Shown here: positions 36,115-50,900 of the stretch, one piece after another
Layout of the letters: each line of letters opens with the position of its first letter
Position numbering within the stretch: the stretch's first letter is position 1
Source: Antedon mediterranea
Taxonomy: Eukaryota; Animalia; Echinodermata
Assembly (NCBI RefSeq): GCF_964355755.1
Contig: NC_092675.1
Coordinates: 2,289,812-2,353,811 of the forward strand
Length of the DNA stretch: 64,000 nt
Reading direction: 5' to 3'
Made by a program: the position numbers and the translations under genes
Notes under the pieces: model-generated
Seen by the model: the letters and a program-made list of their open reading frames with translations, nothing else
Told to the model about the DNA's origin: nothing
Databases searched by the model: none

Positions 36115-39100
36115 CATTATATCACAAGACAAAGACTTTACCTGATATGATGCAAAACTCAAATTTTCGAATTATGAAGTATTCATTGCCTTAAATGATA
36201 TATAGTATTACACAATCTACTGTATCCTTATTGTACCATAAACACTGTATGTGTACTGTAATCAAATTCCCACCATTTGTATACAGAATTAAGACAATAA
36301 GTGTTGTGATCACAGCATATGATGTAAGAAGATGTTAGGTTATTTGTTTATCAAATTCTATTTGTGTTAAATTTCTGGCTAAGAAATCCTCTTAAAAGGC
36401 TTGTTTTTTTAAATGTTTTGCTTTGCAGGACCACTGAATTATTTTAAAAATAAATTTGTGCCTACCACTTTATAATATAGTCTTGAAATGCTACAAATTG
36501 ATCGCTAAACAGTACCACCAAATATATATCATTTGTAATGCTTTGCTTTTTATATAAAAAAGTCAATATTTTGTACACAGTGACAGTGAGTTGGTATTGT
36601 CCTAAAAATATCTGAAAGTGAAATTGTATGTCGATAAACACTTTCTAAAGCCAAGCTAATGAAGAATTAAAACACTAAATATTGCTAACAAAGAGCAAAT
36701 TACTCACTGACTATAATCACATTTCAACTGAAACTAGAAAGATAAATCTGTATAACTGTTTTCATTTTTAATTTTCGACCTCCCATTAATTTTAATGAAT
36801 TTTTATTTTTAGAATTAATAACATTCAAATATTAAAGTGTATATAAGAATTTTTGTCTGTTATTGTTCTAGTTTATCGTTATAAAACTCAATGTTCTAAT
36901 TAACTATCATAACTGTTAAATAGCAACTCTTAATACAGTATATTTTTTTTCACATTGTATGTACTACCGTAGTCTATATTATGGGCAAACTTTTATATTT
37001 GTAAAATATTCACTGTTTTGAATACAGTATGGAATCGAGTATAGCTAAAATGAGATTCCATTTTGATTTTGTTAGTTTTCTGATACTGTACATTAAAAAG
37101 AACCAAAAACAACAATTTTTTTAAAATTATTCTGAAATGAAATCATAATAATGATCATTAGTAATAATGCATATTGGTATTCGATGGATCTAGTGATGAC
37201 CAAGAACAGGGGGCTTTTAAAGAATGACAACTGAACTACGTCATGTTAGTACAGTGTGCGCATGCAGGAATATTGGGATATTTGTCCTTGCTCCTCATCC
37301 TTGACACAGGTTTGATGGTTTCAAGGTCTAGAAGATGACTGATGGTTCAATCCAGCTGTCCTCCAGCATGAGGTATTTTCCCTCATGTCAATGAATATTT
37401 ATGGATATTCCTACAGAATTTGTTAATTTAATGGAGTTTCTATGTGTGAATAGCATATACTGTACAGCCATTGGATCCTTTTATGCTACTATTTCTTTTG
37501 ATTTTCTTCCATTTTCTTCAGTGTCACTCACATCCTGTTAACATGTTGAATAATAGGAAGCTTTCAATTTGATCTTTAAACCTAGAATCTAGTGAGGAAG
37601 TAAATCCTAATGTCCCAGCATGCATACAATAAACAACCACGATGCAATTATTTCCTAAATTATTGCAAATTGAAAGCCTTCTAATATTCATAATAACTTT
37701 GATTCTGAGAAAATCTGTACAACACTAAAAAAAAAAAACGAAACGCCTGTTTGAGAAAACATGGTCTATGCATTTTATTCATGAAGCTGGGTTTTTCTGA
37801 TATTTTATACAATCTTTACACTGTGTCATCATGCACATTGTTTAAACCACTTCATCTTTATTACAATCACTTTTTCTCCTACAGATCATCTTATAAACAA
37901 ATAACATGCTTAATTGTTTTTTTTCCCCAGGAATACAATTTCATTAAATTTTAAACTGAATTACAATCACGTTACTTGCTTATACACATTCATCGTACTG
38001 AATTTGTCGGGGGGAAATGCAACAATTTATATTGTCAGAACATACTATTTAATTTTACAAAAAAGTACAGCACAAACTGGAGTAGTATTGTAAACATACG
38101 TCCCCTTCTTGTTATCCCCATTTTTTTGTATTCCGCTCTTGTTTCTTTCTAACTTTTTACAAGTAATGTACAATGCCCAGCATTATAATGAAATATTGTT
38201 TTATTCTTGTGTTTGGCCCATAAATACATAGGAGTGCGGAACAAAGATACGCATTTAATTTTACAGAGGGAGTGAGGATTGAAGATGGAATGAAGGAAAA
38301 TAAAAAAAACAAAATAACATCTTGCTCCAATAAAAGATTGATCTTAATAACAATAGGCAATCTGTCCCTATTTAGAGACATTGCCAAAGATTACCTCATA
38401 TTGAGGTCCTTAATTGGAGTAAGATGTATAGAAAGATGAATGGTTTTCATACGCAACCATTTGATTTTTCCATTCCCGGAATATTATACATAACTAATTT
38501 ATATTCTTACCAAATAGTTACAAAATAGTCATCTAATAAATAACATACTGTAGCTTACTATAAGCACTGTGTGAAATACAATGTATAGTAAGACAATCTG
38601 GATAAGAAATGTAAGACTGACGTTAGTATATTTAGTTAATTACACTTTTAATAACAACAACCAAAATCAAGGACTTATACACATTAGAGAAAATTAGAAA
38701 CATTGCTGTCTAGCATTTATCAAAAGTATAGCTGTACTCAACGCAAACACGCATGTTTTCTCTAATGTGCACAAACTCTGAATAATTGATTTACTTGCAT
38801 TATGTTATTCTAATACTTGTTGCGTGTTGAAAAATATATACACATACTATATATTTCTTAATGTTCAACAACATCTTTAAAGTAGCAACAATTTAATTAT
38901 GTTACAAATCATAGAGTAGAAACACACTTTTCACTGATAACATAGCCCACTACTTTAATAAAAAGATTATATAAAGATCCACAGGGTAGGCTGGAGTAAA
39001 AACTTGATTTGCATTCTTGTCATATATATATATGTAGCTATTATATCAATAATAGTAAAGCAGGAGTGTGTATGTTATTATTTACAGCACGCTTTAAATC

Positions 39101-41983
39101 TTGCAAGGAACATCGACAGTCAATTAGTATATTGTATGGACCTAGCACACAAACCACCAATAAAGGAGGTCATCTCATTATTATGCAAGTATATTCACAA
39201 TCATATCTGTGAATCTTTTAATTTATTTAGGACTTATTGATGTACAACACAAGAAAAAAATGTACAGAAAATTTATACAACTTGGAACGAAAATCACATC
39301 TAATACATAGCACAAATACCACCATCAATAACAAAATAAATATATTCAACTGGAAAAAAATAAAACAATAAAAAATAACAATTCTCTATTTTATAGCTTT
39401 CATAACAACCGCTATAATAATCATTAATCAAAAATGTACAATATTTAATTTAATGCAATTACAAAACAAATAAAAATATCTGGTTGCTGTAACTGGAGAA
39501 GTGATCACATGTTTTTTTAAATATATTGTACAGTAATAATTTAAACATCTCGCCACTTTCACAGAGAAATTAATACATTATTATAGGGAGAGGTTTATAG
39601 AGTTACGCTTTATATGTGAGGAAAAGATTTGAGAACAGGAAGTGTTTGCTCACACAGCACTTGGACAAAAGCAATAGAGGCTAGTTAACAGCACAGATAA
39701 ATATCTTTTCCAAAATATTTGGTAGACTTGATGTCGCTATGCTATCCCACTCTACCAAAATTGAAGTCTAAAGATAGTTATGGAAGCTATCAGATTTATG
39801 AGCCTTCTGTCTGCCACCCTCTACTGGTTGGCCAATGAACATAGTGAGATCAAACATTTTTAATTAACCCAATTCAAGGAATGAATTTTCATCGCTGTAT
39901 ATGGAGTGGATGGGAGAACATACATATTAGTAAAATCAATACTGAATTATTTCATAAAGGTCTTAATGACACATTGATTTTAATTTATCAAAATCAGAGA
40001 ATTTATTTAAATTAAACACAAGAAGGTAGTTATTAAGAACATTTCTTTCTTACATAAGCTTAACATTACTTGATAGTATAGTCAAGTTTAATGTTAATTA
40101 AATGTACAAAATATACTGGTACCTCACAATGCAAATTGCTGATGTTATTTTTGCTTTCAAATGAAACTTTAATTTAAACCTTAGTTTAAATAGTTTCCAA
40201 TGAGTACAGTAATTTTTACCAAGCCAAAATTATTTATTTTGTGTATAACATTAGCTACTACTGTATATTTAATTTGTATTCCAAATTGGTGTGATGATTT
40301 TCATTGCATACCAATGTTTAAAATGGAATTGTAATACTGTCCCTAAGTTATTCTTAGTTTTAGTTATTGTCTACAATGAAATGTTTTATAATTTAACTTA
40401 GGAATTACATTTTAGCAGTTTAATTACATACTGGACTTAGTATTTTCATCCTGGACTTAGTATTTTCATCCTGGTTTATCAGTATCAGGAAACGAGGTCA
40501 GGCTTACAGTTTAAGGACACAACTTAAGAATATTGTACAATTTCCACTGGTAATCTTACTCTGTAATTAACATCACTACAGTTACTTATTATCACTATAT
40601 CTAAATTGCAAATGAATAATTTTCAAATTGAGAGGTTAGCTAAATACAAACTAGTTACGAAAAGGAAGATTCTTTTTTCATTTTGGTCAAAAGATGATAC
40701 TAAGTAAAGCTGTATTGTATCATTAAAAATGCAAAAAAGATTTCATACTCTTAAATAATTATGCGAAACATTTTCACAAACATCTAAAGTATACTTTAAT
40801 AAAGAAGATGTAGAAAATATAAAGAGAATATATGGAATTAAAAACATTGATATTATTGAGAATGCACCAAAAAACGTTAATGAAACACTGTGGAAAAATC
40901 TTATTGGTACACAGTTTGTCTTCACATATTATTAACTACTTATTTTTACATGGTCTTAATGTATAGAAGACCTTAATACCACACTTATGTAGTATAACGA
41001 TGACACATTGTTAGGTTTAATTATTCGCATGTATACACAGACAGCATTCTTGCTAACACCATATTATTTTGTCTCTTGTATAATACACTATCCAATGTAT
41101 TTTCACATATTTTTGCAATGTATAGAGCTTTGAGCAATTATGTCTTAATTAACTATATCTCTATCATTAAAAATCAAAATTGACAAAAAGAAATGATGAC
41201 TATATTGTGTAAACTCTTACCGTCTATTATCTAGATAATTAAGAGATTCTGGGTATATTATATAGGAAATGGTGATCTTTAGCTCTGGCGCAACAAGTAC
41301 TTTTTAAATCTTAGTAGATTTAGTATAATCATCAATAAATACTCTGTCAACATATATATGCTTAACAAATATATATATATATATATATTGCTGGCTTTAA
41401 TCAATCATAGACCGCGATTTCAAAACATATCGAGAAGGACAATGCATACAGGGTATGTTACTTTAATACCGGTATTGAAAACAAAAAACACAAAACTAAA
41501 ATATATCATTTTGACCATAGCATAACAAAAAAATAATTATTTTGTTGGTTTACTTGGTTGTGGGAAATAGGAAAATATGTATATCATACATACAAAGGAA
41601 CTTTACACTGTATCATTAAGTACACATGACGCTATCAATACTTCTCAATAATGTTTCAACCGAACGTGTCATTTGCTATTATAGAAGTACTTCACATCCC
41701 TCTACCTCTCAACTCCAGCACCTTAGCTCAAGCTTTACAGTATTTGGAACAGTTCACAGTGTCTATATTATCCTTTTGTAACACAGCTTTAGCATATAAA
41801 AATCGTTTATTGAAATTGCAGAGATAAAAAAACCAATAAGATAATACACGCTGACATGTATTTCTCATCAGTTCGCTTCACTGTTCGATCATAGAATCAA
41901 ATGTTGAAAAATTGATCCGAATATTAATGTTAAATAAACTTTAGATACTATACTTATAACAGCTGATTGATTTAACAGTCAAT

Positions 41984-44900
41984 TCACTTGCGCCGATTTG
42001 AACTCTTTTTCTTCCTCCTCTTGAAAAAGCAACAACATCTGAAAGAGAAAAGAAGTAATTCATTTCATAAATTTATTTCAACTAATTTATACATTATGAT
42101 AATGCAACGCGTAACAATATTAGGAGTTAACAGAACAGAAAAGAATAATACATTTTGGCATTTAATATCGAGAATATTCAATATTGTGTTGTATAAAAAA
42201 TAATACATATATATATATAATGTTCATTGCCTAATGTGTTTATATATATAAAAGTATCTCTTCGGAGATCCCGCCTCGTGAATAAAAATACTGAAAGATG
42301 AGGGCGTATCAATTTGATCTCTGGTGCGCGTGCGTACAACTGAGGACTAGTGGTGTTCCGCCTTCCGCCGTACCACGCCGAGAATGTTAAAGAGTCGCTA
42401 TCCAATCGAGTTTGAACAATACCATGAAAGCCCCAGTGGTCTAATGGTTAGGACATCTGCATATCAAGCAGGCGGTCCGAGTTTGAGTCTCGGTTGGGGC
42501 GACTTTTTCTCATTCCTCATCTTTATCGTTTCAAATTAATTAATTAAATTTCAGTATATCACCGGGCGGTTTCGAATTAATGTTCATTGCCTAATGTGTT
42601 TATATATATACATCAGGATATACATGAAAAGAAGATTTAGTTATATATTTAATAGTGTATATAACCACAAATGTACGACAATGTGAAAATTGTTTACATA
42701 GGTAATGTAATAGTCTATCAATCAAATATCCATAGATCTAATAATCGACCGATCAAATTGCAAGGATGTGTGTTATATATTCATCCATCAGTCTTAATAA
42801 GAATACTCATATACACATAAAAAAAAAACGAATATTATATAAAATGGCTTACTTGGTGTCTTCGACCACCTCAACCTCAGCCTGTGCTGTGATTGGTGCG
42901 TTAGATTGACCGGCAGTAGGATCGTCTGTCACTAATTCACCGTTAGTTGAACTTACTACTTGCACTGATCCGTGTCCACCAACCACTGGTGGATTTAAGT
43001 GCGTTGGCTCAGTCCAGGCTTTGTTCTGGTGATATAGAATTAAGGTATCAACATTAATAATAAATGATAGATCATTAGTTAAGCATGTTAAAACTCGCAA
43101 CAAACTAAGATAAAAATAAAGATTGATAAAAAAAGTATCTAAACGTTTTCTGTGGCCTAAGATAGTAAAGTTGAGCATGTTGAAATTCACTACAAAATAA
43201 ATTAAAAAATAAAGACTGATAAAAAATGTATCTAAACTTCAAGCTCAGGTACAGGCATGCATTTTAAATATATTAGGGAGTTTTCGCAATCTTACGAATA
43301 CGATAACGAAAACGGATACGTCACGCACACATATTCGTTTTTCTTAAGCCAGTAAAAATCTGTTTCGCATGGCAACGAAATATTAAGGGCACCGCCCAAA
43401 ATATGACTGCGGTAAATTTGAGCGAAGCATAAGTACGTGTTGCTTGGTGATTGGCTGCCTAGGCCTAGCGTAACATCAAAGCGAGTGAGGACTTTAAAAA
43501 CTGCTATTTATCAAATTGACCTGGCATTTTAGTAAATTACTTTAGTAAATTACTTTCAATAAAAGTATAATTATAATCATGAATCATTCCCGATTGAAAT
43601 GCAAAATGTGCAAAATAGATCAAAAACTATACTCGTTTTGTAGTCACGAATATGACTGGTGATATTCGTCAACACGAATACGCTTTACGAATATGAAATG
43701 GGGATCAGCTCAAAAGTTTCACAAATGTGTGACGTATCCGTTTTCGTTGTCATATTCGTAAGGTTGCGAAACCTCCCTAATATCTCGTTAATTGTACATA
43801 AATCAAGACAAAAATACAAAATTTGGCAAAATTCTGCCATAAAAACCAGGAAGACTTTTTTTCAGTAGTTAGTAGTTTAACCTAATGTAATAACATGTCT
43901 GATGACTCCCTAGAAGGTGAAAAAAGATGGTGGATATAAGGTGGATAATTTTTGCTATTTTGAAGTGCCTCTTTATTTACAAATTTGTGTACAAAAGAAT
44001 AGAGATTTTACTGTGCAATTTGAACTATCTTATCACTGATAAGAAAGTGCTTATTTTAAACAAGCAACAAGTAACACAAATAAAATCAAAACAATTGTGA
44101 AACATAGGGAAAACTATAGATCGATAATTATTGGAATGTTTGATCAATAGAAATTTTTTGCCCACACCTGGCCTTTAAGACAAGTTTTTTTGTGGCATAA
44201 GATTGTGAAGTAGAGCATGTTGAAATTTACAATAAAATAAATTAATAATAAAGATTGATAAAAAATGTATCTAAACTTAAAACCAGTTTTTATGGCATAA
44301 GATAGTAGGAGATTTGCATTAAACTATGGTATATGATTATATATTTCATATTAAAGTTCTTCTCTACTATTCAACTTTATATAATGATAAAGGCAAGTTG
44401 TGTATTTTTAGATTTAGACCCATTTCACATCCCCACATCCACAAAGGTTTATACAAAATCACATGAAATTTAATATTCACCTTGTTGGTGGAAGGTCTGT
44501 CTCTAGATTGTTGGTTATCTGCCGGACTTGGTGAGACAGGGGTTGACTGAAAACAAGAACAAAAGTTTAAATTAAACATAACAGTAATGCCAAAAGAGAT
44601 AAATTGCAGAATTTTAAATTAATCTTAAAAAATAGGCTACCACATATAAAGCCTCTGTAGATAGGGTTGAGATGCTTGCCTTGTCAGGGAGAAGTTGCAG
44701 GTTCGAGTCCTGATCACAGCATCAATTTATGGAACTATCTATTGAGTTATCTATTGAGAGCTATACCAAGCTTACCAAAAAAAAAATGTTTTCCTCCATG
44801 GCTGAACCATTGTAACAACATTACAGGGTTCCATTGTAGTGTTAACCTTTGTTTAAATCTACCTTATAACTACAACACTATCACATGGTAGGTACAGTAT

Positions 44901-47900
44901 ATTGCAAAAACTTACTAAATGTTTGCCTGTCCAATCAAACTCATTGTCAGCAGCATAGCCTTTTCTGTTGTACAGATCTTGGAATATTTTACGTAAGTAG
45001 CCATAATCAGGTGTTTCAAAGAAATCTAGCCTTCGTACATATCTTAAGTATGTTGACATTTCCTCTGCAATTAAAAGTAAATGCATTTACAAAAATAGTA
45101 CTTATTTACTTATGTCACAAATTGCTGGATTCTTAGTATATTAGATTGTATTATAATGCTTATGAATCTTGGTATATCTGACCTGGCAAGGCATGACCTG
45201 GCAAGGCATGACCTGGCAAGGCCTGACCTGGCAAAGCCTGACCTGGCAAGGCCTGACCTGGCAAGGCCTGACCTGGCAAAGCCTGACCTGGCAAGGGGTA
45301 TACTGGGATTAAGTGCAGGTAAAGAGACAAAATGTGCGGAAACAACACCAATTATAACATCGGATTGCAATATCTTACCAGGGTATTTGTCACACAGAAC
45401 TTCAATGGGTGTGGCCCTCTTTGTGTCGCCAATCTTTTGGTACCTTTCTTTCAATGTGTCAGCCTAGATATACAATTAAAACATGTGTTAAAAACTACAT
45501 ATACAGGCATGCCATTTTGTTATGTAGATGCTGCCTAAAGTTTTTGTAGTTCATTATAAGGTCCCAGTGTTATCTTTCCACCCTGAATATAACCTACCAT
45601 GCACCAACTCCTAAGTACTTTCCACCAACTTTTATCTCTGGATTGGATTTTTATAGCTACATCCCTATACAATATATATGTTATTATTTTCATAACAGTG
45701 TTACAGTGCATCCAGTAAAAATCAAATTGTCTTGACAGAGATGAGTAAACGTTTTTTGCTATATTAAACTAAACAAACATGAGCCATGACTGACCTTTAA
45801 CCCTTGCCAAGGTAAGCTACCTCTCAGGAAGTACATGAACATGTGACCAAGTGCCTCTAAATCATCTCGTCGACTTTGCTCTGTGAACAATAGAAAAAAT
45901 GTCATTTATAATTTAATTTTTACAGCGTTTTGTAAAGTAATTGGAAACATTACAAAGTTGTTGTAAGTAATGTGTAGCACCTTTGGCTTCCTGTGGAGCA
46001 TTCCATGTCATGAATGGATGTCAAACAGAGATGAAAGGATATACATTAAAAAAGTACATATTTTGCATTAATGTAATATGTATTAATAATAGCTAGAGTT
46101 ACAAATTAATATGAGTAACAATAACTTTACCTACTTTTTTACTGATTTTTTTAAAGCACGAGGTATTATCAATGTCTACAGTGATTGTGTATATATCACA
46201 GTATAGACTTTAGGCCAAATATAAAGTTAGTTTCAAGACTCCTTTCTGCATCAAATATTGTAACCTTAAGCAAGGCACTCTCATTGCCTTGTCCCTTCAA
46301 TATCGACATAAAGCTGTTGGTGTACATATAGTGCATGTGAGGATGATTATAATTATATTATTAGTATTTGATTGGGAACTTTCGTAGTCAACATTAAGAA
46401 TCGTTGAGTACTTTTTGTATTGGAATGCTAAATTGTAAACAGATTTTGCTCAACAGAAAATCAGTGGAATGTAAAGCAACGCAAGCTTTTTCTTTAAGAA
46501 CGATGTCAACACCCAAAATACTCTGTTAAATAAGTACTCAATGAAAAAACTATACTCAACTGTAAAGTCCCAATTTACATTATCTATTTTCACATAAACA
46601 ATAATTACCTTTTCCGAGATGCGTGTTGATGCTCATATACCTTGCTGTACCTGTCAGACTTTTATGCTCTCTGTACGGTATGTGTTTGTTAGTTTCTGGA
46701 TCGATATATTCCTTCGCTAGGCCAAAGTCGATAATGTGAATAGTACTCTGATGTCTTCCCGATTGCCGGCCTATTAGAAAATTCTCTGGTTTCACGTCAC
46801 GGTATATTAAGTTTTTACTGTGAACGTATTCTATTCTGTGGAGCTGTAATAAAAAAACAAATGTATCAAAAATAATCTGTATTTATAATTGTTGAAGCCT
46901 TTGCACACTGTATCACCACTTCCTACAGTACAGCACTGGACCGAAAATCATGATGCTTACATGCTGGAGCATCTTGTTATTCCAATTACCAATTTTTTGT
47001 TTTAGACTAGCTTCTTGTAAATGGCTGAAGTTGTACAGCCATATTTACATACCACAGAGAGGTCAAAGGTAGGATGGGTATCACCTAGTACTATTTATAT
47101 TATATGTACAATATCTAAAAATATACATTGGGATTGAGATCTTAAGAACTTTCTATAAAGGATTTACTAAACACAGTAGACTAGTATTTAATCAATTGAA
47201 TGTCAAGATACTTACAAGCTGAATAGCTATGAGAAGAACTGTTTTAAGTGCAAATGTTCGGTCACATAGATCAAACAAATCCTCTAAGCTGGGACCAAGA
47301 AGTTCCATAACCATTGCATTATATTTCCCACATGGACCAAAATAGTAAACTTGAGGGACACCCTCTGAAAAATAAAACATATATTACTACACTAGCATCA
47401 TTTTTAGATAAAACACACAAAATAAAATTAACAATATTACCAGGGACACTGGTTCTTGTACATACAATTATTTTTGCCATGATGTTTGCAATAATCATTG
47501 CATACTAAAATTTATAGTACATAGGCATAGTACATGTAGATAATCATATCCTGTACACATAAGGGATCATATGAAAATATTCCACTGCAGGTACTGCAGT
47601 AAAACTAAATTGTATGAACTTGTTTTCGCATAATCAATGTGTATAGCAGTGATTGCCTAATAAACTTTTAAACTGAAAATAAAACCAAAAGTATACGTAA
47701 TTATTGCAGTTTTTAACAAAATGTGGTTACTGTATTAACTGCAGTAGAGTACAGGTACTGTAATTCCCTAATCAAACTGTTCATTTCTTATATAATTAAT
47801 CATTATAATACTAATAGCTAAAATCAACTTTCTGTCTGTCTATTATTGACTAAAATTTCAGATATTCTGGTTGCTAAACAAACTTTGCATGCTAATTATC

Positions 47901-50900
47901 CTTTCAATCACAGAGATGCAAGTCTAGAATACAATTGCTCGTTTGTATGACAAAGGTAAATTTGACACTTAAAGTTGTATTAAATGTAATTACAGTTTTA
48001 AATGTTGGCCTGTAAAATGCAATCAATATTAATATAATAATACATATACTGTACAGAGCAATTTCTGACTGATTAAGGCCAACTCAGACAACGTCGTATG
48101 ACGAGGCCTGATGAAACGTCTTGAATCATTTATTGGTGCTGTCGGAGTTGAATCCTGACGAGGCGAGTCGTCTTGAGATAGCATTGTGCGTAGTTTTAAA
48201 GTCATCGCGAGAACTTTAAACATGTTTAAATTTCTCCCTGCGAGATGACTCATTAGGCTTTGTTGACGCTGTCTAAGTTGGCCTTTACTGATTAACGTTA
48301 AATAATAAGTTTTAACCATACCTGCTTGGCCTAGCATCTTGTAGAATCTGTATTCTAAATGAAGTTGAGGTGCCCTGGACTTCATAGGTTCCTATGGGTT
48401 AAACATTTAATTTTGTTAAGAAAATCACCATAATTTTAAAAATGGGCACAGGAATGAGTCACAGAAATTATTACCATGTTAGCAAACATAATTTCATGCT
48501 AAAGTATCGTACAATAACACCGCCTTATTTAGGCTACATCAGACATAGTACATTGGTAAAACAAATGTTGTACCAAGTACAGTACTGTACATGTTCATTT
48601 ATTGACACACAAAAAAAAACTCCATTTCTATGTTCTTTATAATATTCAGTCGGCTTTCCCAATACTGGACTCTCTGAAAACCAGAAACTCTCCTAACAGT
48701 AACACCAAGGTGTCCTAAATTCATATTGCCATTTATTTATTTACACATTCTGAACACCAGACTTTTAGGAAAACCAGACATATTATAGGCCAGCCCAAAG
48801 ATGTCAGATATTGGGAGAGTTGGCTGTATACGGGATTGCTATCACCAGTTTAAACCAACTACGCACAATGTTTTAAGTCAATTGTACAATTAGGCAATTT
48901 CTCTATTGTTGTCGCTGTGTTTATATTGTCTTCAATGGCATTTACATAATTGATCAAATATTGTGTACTTTAAACTGCCAAGCATAATAATCATAATGAC
49001 AGTGTAATGAGTATAGTCAAATGGAATAAAAGTTTGAGCAAATATAGTGGGTGGGATTATACTGTATGTATTACATTAAATATGGATTTACTATAAATTT
49101 GTGTGTCTTAATTTATCTTAAATTGGGGGAGGGGTGGTTTTTTTTTTAATTGGAGCATGAGATTATACTCAGTCAGATAAGTTTTGTAAACTGTATAGAT
49201 TAGAAACCATATGAAACTCAGATTTTGAACTAATGTATTACTTTTTATTGCCAATGCCCATATCATAAGGCTCCGTCTACACTATCAAACTTTATGTGAC
49301 AACAAAATGTGATGTGCCCATACTGTATGGACATGTCATAGCACTACCATATTTAGGCATATTACTACCATATTTGGCCACATCACACTTTTTTTGCCAA
49401 ACTAGTGTAGACAGAGGTTAATATTGCTTGACTATAATTTATGTTGATATTTAATTTAATTAATGTGTACAAATATAATAAACATTAATATTTTAACACT
49501 TACCAGTTTGATAGCAATGTGCTCATTGTTATAAAGGTTTTTACCTGTAAATAAAAACAAACCGAAAAAAAATTTTTTGAGAAAATATTAATTATAACTA
49601 GACAGAAAATTGATATTTTGAAAACCCAAACAATGAATTTTCTACTTTTCGAGGATATCTCTACATTTACTGTACATTAACTACACGATAATGTTTTTAT
49701 AGTATTTACTAATACTAAAGTACTGTTAAAAGTACTGGTAAAAGTACTTAAAAAAGTAAATTTTAATATTATTTTAAAAATATTTGTTTTAAAATGAATA
49801 TTACATGATCAGTGTTAAAATTAAATCAGAAAAATAATAAAAAATAATGTTGATATTTTGAAAATGAGCAAAACAACAGGATTTTACAATTTGTGTATGA
49901 TAAAAGTATAAAAGGTAAAAATCATTTCAACAATTAAACATAATATGTAAATTAAGATCTTTTGGTGAAATTTTCAAAACGTAATCAAACAAACGTCCTT
50001 GATTATTACATTGTGATGAATACCTGTGAGTGAGTACGTCATTAAAAACAATCAATGACAAGGACTAATTGTAATGAAATGTTTTGTTTAAAGAATACAA
50101 ATTTACAAAACAGGAACATCTATAATTACTGTATATTTTAATTTGAATTATTAGTTTAAAAAAACCACTAAAAAAATAATATGACAGCGTGCAATTGATT
50201 ACAGTATTTATTCATTTTAAGAGTAAATCTTTGAGTATGTTTAAATTGTATACTATACTAAGCAGATTGTGGCTAATTTGAATTACAAAAAAAAAAGAGA
50301 ATTATTATTTTTATTTTAGTAATTTATTTAAATTTTACTTATTGAGTAATTTAAATATTTGATACTGTATATTATTAATATAAGGGATAGCTGGTTCTTT
50401 TCATTCAGATTAAATTTGTCATACTGTATAAATGTAACACACAATGAAATACAATAACCTCAGATAAAATATAAATAATCATGATATAAAACAACATGTT
50501 CTTTGCTCTAGATGCCACAGCACAATATTTTTTTGTTTAAAAAAAATGATACTGCATTTCATATTTCATGGTTATTGCATTGCTATTTATGCTCATGGAA
50601 TAAAAAATGAAAGAGAATTTATCACTAAAATGACTAATAATATAGGATTTTGAAGACAAAACAAGTAGAATTATTTACTGACATTGACAATAAGATCTGA
50701 TCTATGAATGGGTGTGGTGATTGTGTGCAAACGTCTTTGTTAAAATAAATTTGTACTTCACCCTTTAAATGAACTGTATTAAATACTAATTGTTTACATT
50801 GCGTCTCAGTACAAGTATAAAGGTCATCAAGTTTACAGGTAGTTCACACCAACAAAACACATACATTGTTTGATGACCTTTTGTTCAATCATTTAAAATG

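Noticed and set aside
42430-42501. Functional tRNA-Asp gene
   Set aside because: The ATC anticodon, A32 and TTT in the T-loop are atypical and it is embedded in a repeat-like cassette; kept only as tRNA-like.
45110-45467. ORFs with repetitive peptides (LARSG, ARPDL, PGQAL)
   Set aside because: These are translations of an intronic 15-bp minisatellite; the flanking CSNK1G exons splice cleanly around it.
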